Positions 60,831-64,000 of a stretch of 64,000 nucleotides of DNA are shown here, piece after piece. The stretch spans positions 65,094-129,093 of the forward strand of contig JBBABB010000001.1 of NCBI GenBank assembly GCA_041657885.1. Direction: 5' to 3'. The notes below the pieces were generated by a model that ran no database searches, had not been told where the DNA came from, and saw only the letters and a list, made by a program, of their open reading frames with translations. The stretch comes from Minisyncoccota bacterium (lineage in GTDB: Bacteria; Patescibacteriota; Minisyncoccia; Phycocordibacterales; UBA9973). A program made the translations under genes and the position numbers. The number at the start of each line of letters is the position of its first letter. Positions within the stretch are counted from its first letter, which is position 1.

Positions 60831-62162
60831 ATGAATAAAAATATATTAAATATATCTATTATAATTATAGGGATTTTAATCTCTGGAGTTATCGCTAGTT
60901 CGTCAATTGTTCAAGCAGAAGTTTCATCTGCTTCAGAAATTTCCTATCCTATTACTGAATTAGGAAATTGTGCGGACAAAGCAACGTGTAAAGTTTATTG
61001 CGACGAACCAGCAAATGTAGATGCTTGTTTGAGTTTTGCTGAAAAGAACAATATGATGTCAGGTGAAGAGGTAACATCAGCTAAAAATTTTAAAAAAGCA
61101 GGAATGATTGGTCCAGGTCAATGTAAAGGTAAAGATGAATGCCAAAAATATTGTAGTGCGCCAGATAATATGGATGAATGCATAACATTTGCTGAAAAAA
61201 ATGGATTAATGTCTAGTGATAAATTGGAAAAGATAAAAGGTCAGGCAAAAAAAGTTAAAGCTGCAATAGCTAAAGGGATAAAGCCACCAGCTTGTTCTAG
61301 TCCAGATGAATGTTCTTCTTACTGTTCAAAGACGGAACACATGGAAGAATGTATCAATTTTTCTATTGAGGCCGGTATTATGGATGAGCAGGAACAGGAA
61401 GATGCGGAGAAAGTTTTATCAGCAATTAAAGAAGGAATTCAACCACCTGCTTGTGCTGGTAAAGATGAATGTGATACTTATTGTTCCGAAACGAAACATA
61501 TGGAGGAATGTTTAACATTTGCGATGAAAGCAGGAATGATGACAGGAGAAGAAAAGGGACAGGCACAAAAAACTATTAATGCCATAAGAAATGGTATTAT
61601 TCCACCTAATTGTAAAGGGGAAGAAGAATGTAAAACTTATTGCGCAGAAGAATCTAATTTGGAAGAATGTATTACGTTTGGAGAAGCGATTGGAAAAATT
61701 AAAAAAGAAGATATTGAAATGATAAGGAATAGTGGTGGTAAAGGTTTTGGTCCTGATGGTCAAAATAATGGAGGTGGTGAAGGACAGGGTGGTCCTGGTA
61801 ATAATGGCGGAGGTGGTGGACAGAGCGGATGGAGTAATGGTACTGGAAATGGTGGTGGAAATGGAGGGCCAGATTCTCTAAATCAAGGCGGTAAAGGTGG
61901 TGGTCAAGGTCCTGGTGGTCAAGGTCCTGGTGGTCAAGGCGGACAAGGAATGGGTGGCCCTAGCGGTCCTAATGGTGGCGGTCCTGGAGGTCAAGGTGGC
62001 CAAGGAGGTCCTGGAAATAATGGCGGGGGTGGGGGACAGAGTGGCTGGAGTAATGGTACTGGAAATGGTGGTGGAAATGGGGGGCCAGGTGGTCAAGGTG
62101 CTGGAGGCCCTAGTGGTGGTGGAGGTGGTGGAGGTTCTGGCGGCGGCGGTGGTGGACGCTAA
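60831..62162 (+). CDS. Exported protein with five Cys-rich repeats and Gly-rich tail
   Basis: C-x5-C-x3-C-x7-C repeat five times; duplicated GGPGNNGGGGGQSGWSNGTGNGGGNGGP. Confidence 0.75.
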   Translation: MNKNILNISIIIIGILISGVIASSSIVQAEVSSASEISYPITELGNCADKATCKVYCDEPANVDACLSFAEKNNMMSGEEVTSAKNFKKAGMIGPGQCKGKDECQKYCSAPDNMDECITFAEKNGLMSSDKLEKIKGQAKKVKAAIAKGIKPPACSSPDECSSYCSKTEHMEECINFSIEAGIMDEQEQEDAEKVLSAIKEGIQPPACAGKDECDTYCSETKHMEECLTFAMKAGMMTGEEKGQAQKTINAIRNGIIPPNCKGEEECKTYCAEESNLEECITFGEAIGKIKKEDIEMIRNSGGKGFGPDGQNNGGGEGQGGPGNNGGGGGQSGWSNGTGNGGGNGGPDSLNQGGKGGGQGPGGQGPGGQGGQGMGGPSGPNGGGPGGQGGQGGPGNNGGGGGQSGWSNGTGNGGGNGGPGGQGAGGPSGGGGGGGSGGGGGGR

Positions 62163-62228
62163 GTAGTAATTAAAACTTTTATATTTAAACTTCTGTTATT
62201 ATAGGATAGATTATTAATTAATTTTTTG

Positions 62229-62260
62229 CCGCCTATGTTACTAACTATGGCGAGCCAAAG
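62229..62260 (+). repeat. 32-bp element CCGCCT..TGGCGAG(C/T)C(A/G)AAG
   Basis: Copies at 62229, 63075 and inside the exonuclease gene at 18989-19020 (minus strand). Confidence 0.7.
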
Positions 62261-62266
62261 TGATAT

Positions 62267-63019
62267 ATGACTCTATACATAATTCTCGCTGTCGTGTTTG
62301 TTATAATTGTTTCTGGTTTGAAAGTTGTAAAGCAATATGAAAGAAGTGTAATATTTTTTCTAGGGAAATGTACAGGGACGAGAGGCCCAGGGCTCATATA
62401 TGTCGTTCCAGTTTTTGAACGTATGGTGAAAGTTACAATGCGTACTGTGACAATGGCTGTGCCTTCTCAGAAAATTATTACTAAAGATAATGTCTCAATA
62501 GATATCGCAGCTGTGGCTTATTATCACGTTGTTGACCCAGAAAAATCAGTTATTGCTATTGAAGATGTTTTTAGTGCTGTAAATCAAATTAGTCAGACAA
62601 CAGTTCGAAACGTAGTTGGACAGTTCAAACTTGACCAGCTTCTTTCTCAAACTGTTGATATAAATATGCAAATTAAAAATGTTATTGATTCTCATACTGA
62701 GCCATGGGGAGCAGAAGTTACTGCTGTTGAAATAAAAGACATTTTTCTTCCAGAAAATATGCAAAGAGCTATGGCGAAAGAAGCTGAAGCCGAAAGGGAA
62801 AGACGTGCAAAGATTGTCGCAGCCGAAGGGGAATTCCAAGCAGCAGAAAAATTAGGCCAAGCAGCAGATTTAATTTCTAAACACCCGGTGGCATTGCAAC
62901 TTCGTACTCTCCAAACGATGGCAGAGATTAGCGTCGAAAAAAATTCCACAATTATTTTCCCAGCTCAATTTATGACGACAGTTGCAGAAGCAGTAAAGAT
63001 GATAAAAGGGGATAGTTAG
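62267..63019 (+). CDS. SPFH/stomatin (slipin) family protein
   Basis: KQYER.V.F, ITKDNV, QTTVRNV.G, AEAERERRAK, LQLRTLQT. Confidence 0.92.
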   Translation: MTLYIILAVVFVIIVSGLKVVKQYERSVIFFLGKCTGTRGPGLIYVVPVFERMVKVTMRTVTMAVPSQKIITKDNVSIDIAAVAYYHVVDPEKSVIAIEDVFSAVNQISQTTVRNVVGQFKLDQLLSQTVDINMQIKNVIDSHTEPWGAEVTAVEIKDIFLPENMQRAMAKEAEAERERRAKIVAAEGEFQAAEKLGQAADLISKHPVALQLRTLQTMAEISVEKNSTIIFPAQFMTTVAEAVKMIKGDS

Positions 63020-63113
63020 ATAATTTTACAAGTTTAGGGTAGAATAAAAAAGTATTATTAATTAATAAAAAATACCGCCTACGTTTATAACTATGGCGAG
63101 TCAAAGAAATTTT

Positions 63114-63242
63114 ATGGCAAAAAGAGCTACTTCGCTTCATCCACATTTGAAATCAAAGCATTCTCATAAAACAAAAAAACGTCTTGCAGTCAAAAAAGTT
63201 ATGCTTAAGAAAAAAGCAGGGAAGAAAAAAGGTAAAAAATAA
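63114..63242 (+). CDS. Small basic peptide (42 aa, MAKRATSLHPHLKSKHSHKTKKRL...GKKKGKK)
   Basis: Translated by hand; below the ORF-track cutoff. Confidence 0.55.
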   Translation: MAKRATSLHPHLKSKHSHKTKKRLAVKKVMLKKKAGKKKGKK

Positions 63243-63413
63243 CTTGACAACAATACCAAAATATTATATACTCTTGATGTAAGTTGTATTCTCATTGGTT
63301 TCGTCGCTATTTAGCGCCTAATATAATGTCTTATCCTTTGTGGTAGTCTTTATGGAAATCAAAGGATAGTTCCAGTCCGTCTTACTTTTATATTTATAGA
63401 TTGGGAAGATATT

Positions 63414-64000
63414 ATGTATAAACAAAATAACCGAAGCACTAGCTCCGGCAGGTCATCTTTTTCTTTTAGTGGTCAAAAAAATAGCTACAGAGGTCATTCA
63501 AATAATCGGTCTCAACCGAAAGGGCGTTTTGGCGGGACATCAATCCATCCATCACGTTTCGTATGCAAAGCTGACCCCATAGTGGAATCTGCTCCGTATG
63601 TTCCAATACACAAATTTGAACAATTTAAAATTAGCGATGCAATAAAAAATAATATTGCGAAGAAGGGTTATGTGACTCCAACTCCAATTCAAGATATTGC
63701 AATCCCTCATGTCCTTTTGGGGCGAGATGTAGTCGGAGTTGCAAATACAGGGACTGGGAAAACGGCAGCGTTTCTTATTCCACTTCTTGATAAAATTGTA
63801 AATAATCCACGCGAAAAAGTTTTAATAATTGTCCCGACTCGAGAATTAGCAATGCAGATTAATGGAGAATTATTTGATTTCAAGGGGAATCTTAGGATTT
63901 TTTCTGTCTGTTGCGTTGGTGGAATGGGAATTTCAAATCAAATTTATGGTTTACGACGACAGCACAATTTTGTGATTGGAACACCTGGGCGTTTGAGAGA
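63414..64000 (+). CDS. DEAD-box RNA helicase, N-terminal part (runs off the window)
   Basis: Q motif PTPIQ, ANTGTGKT, PTRELA, GTPGRL; upstream TTGACA-N17-TATACT and ~135-nt leader. Confidence 0.9.
   Translation, partial: MYKQNNRSTSSGRSSFSFSGQKNSYRGHSNNRSQPKGRFGGTSIHPSRFVCKADPIVESAPYVPIHKFEQFKISDAIKNNIAKKGYVTPTPIQDIAIPHVLLGRDVVGVANTGTGKTAAFLIPLLDKIVNNPREKVLIIVPTRELAMQINGELFDFKGNLRIFSVCCVGGMGISNQIYGLRRQHNFVIGTPGRLR

Overview
AT-rich bacterial chromosome segment, most likely Patescibacteria/CPR (Parcubacteria-like). This is inferred from the 16S primer-site deviations, the unlinked 16S, leaderless gene architecture and CPR-type hypothetical proteins. Bases 1-40 kb are mostly core genes (iscS, clpB, parB, rel, topA, dprA, serS, dnaX, rmuC, obgE, secA, dnaE, rnhB, pepA, gdhA), three tRNAs, a stand-alone 16S rRNA lacking the anti-Shine-Dalgarno tail, and RNase P RNA. 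Several families of short palindromic repeats occur there, some inserted in frame in topA, rnhB, obgE and an exonuclease, or inside the 16S and RNase P RNAs. Bases 40-60 kb are an accessory region centred on a group I intron-containing tRNA-Asn. An 8.5 kb large-serine-recombinase element carrying an OLD nuclease plus REase-like pair is integrated at the tRNA 3' end, apparently splitting its own recombinase gene. On both sides, integrase-less gene cassettes are delimited by about ten related att-like sites (GCTCC core with fixed-spacing GTTCGAA arms). This is a candidate serine-recombinase-driven, integron-like cassette system. One cassette carries an unannotated Cys-rich 26-aa peptide beside a radical SAM/SPASM enzyme and a methyltransferase (candidate RiPP).
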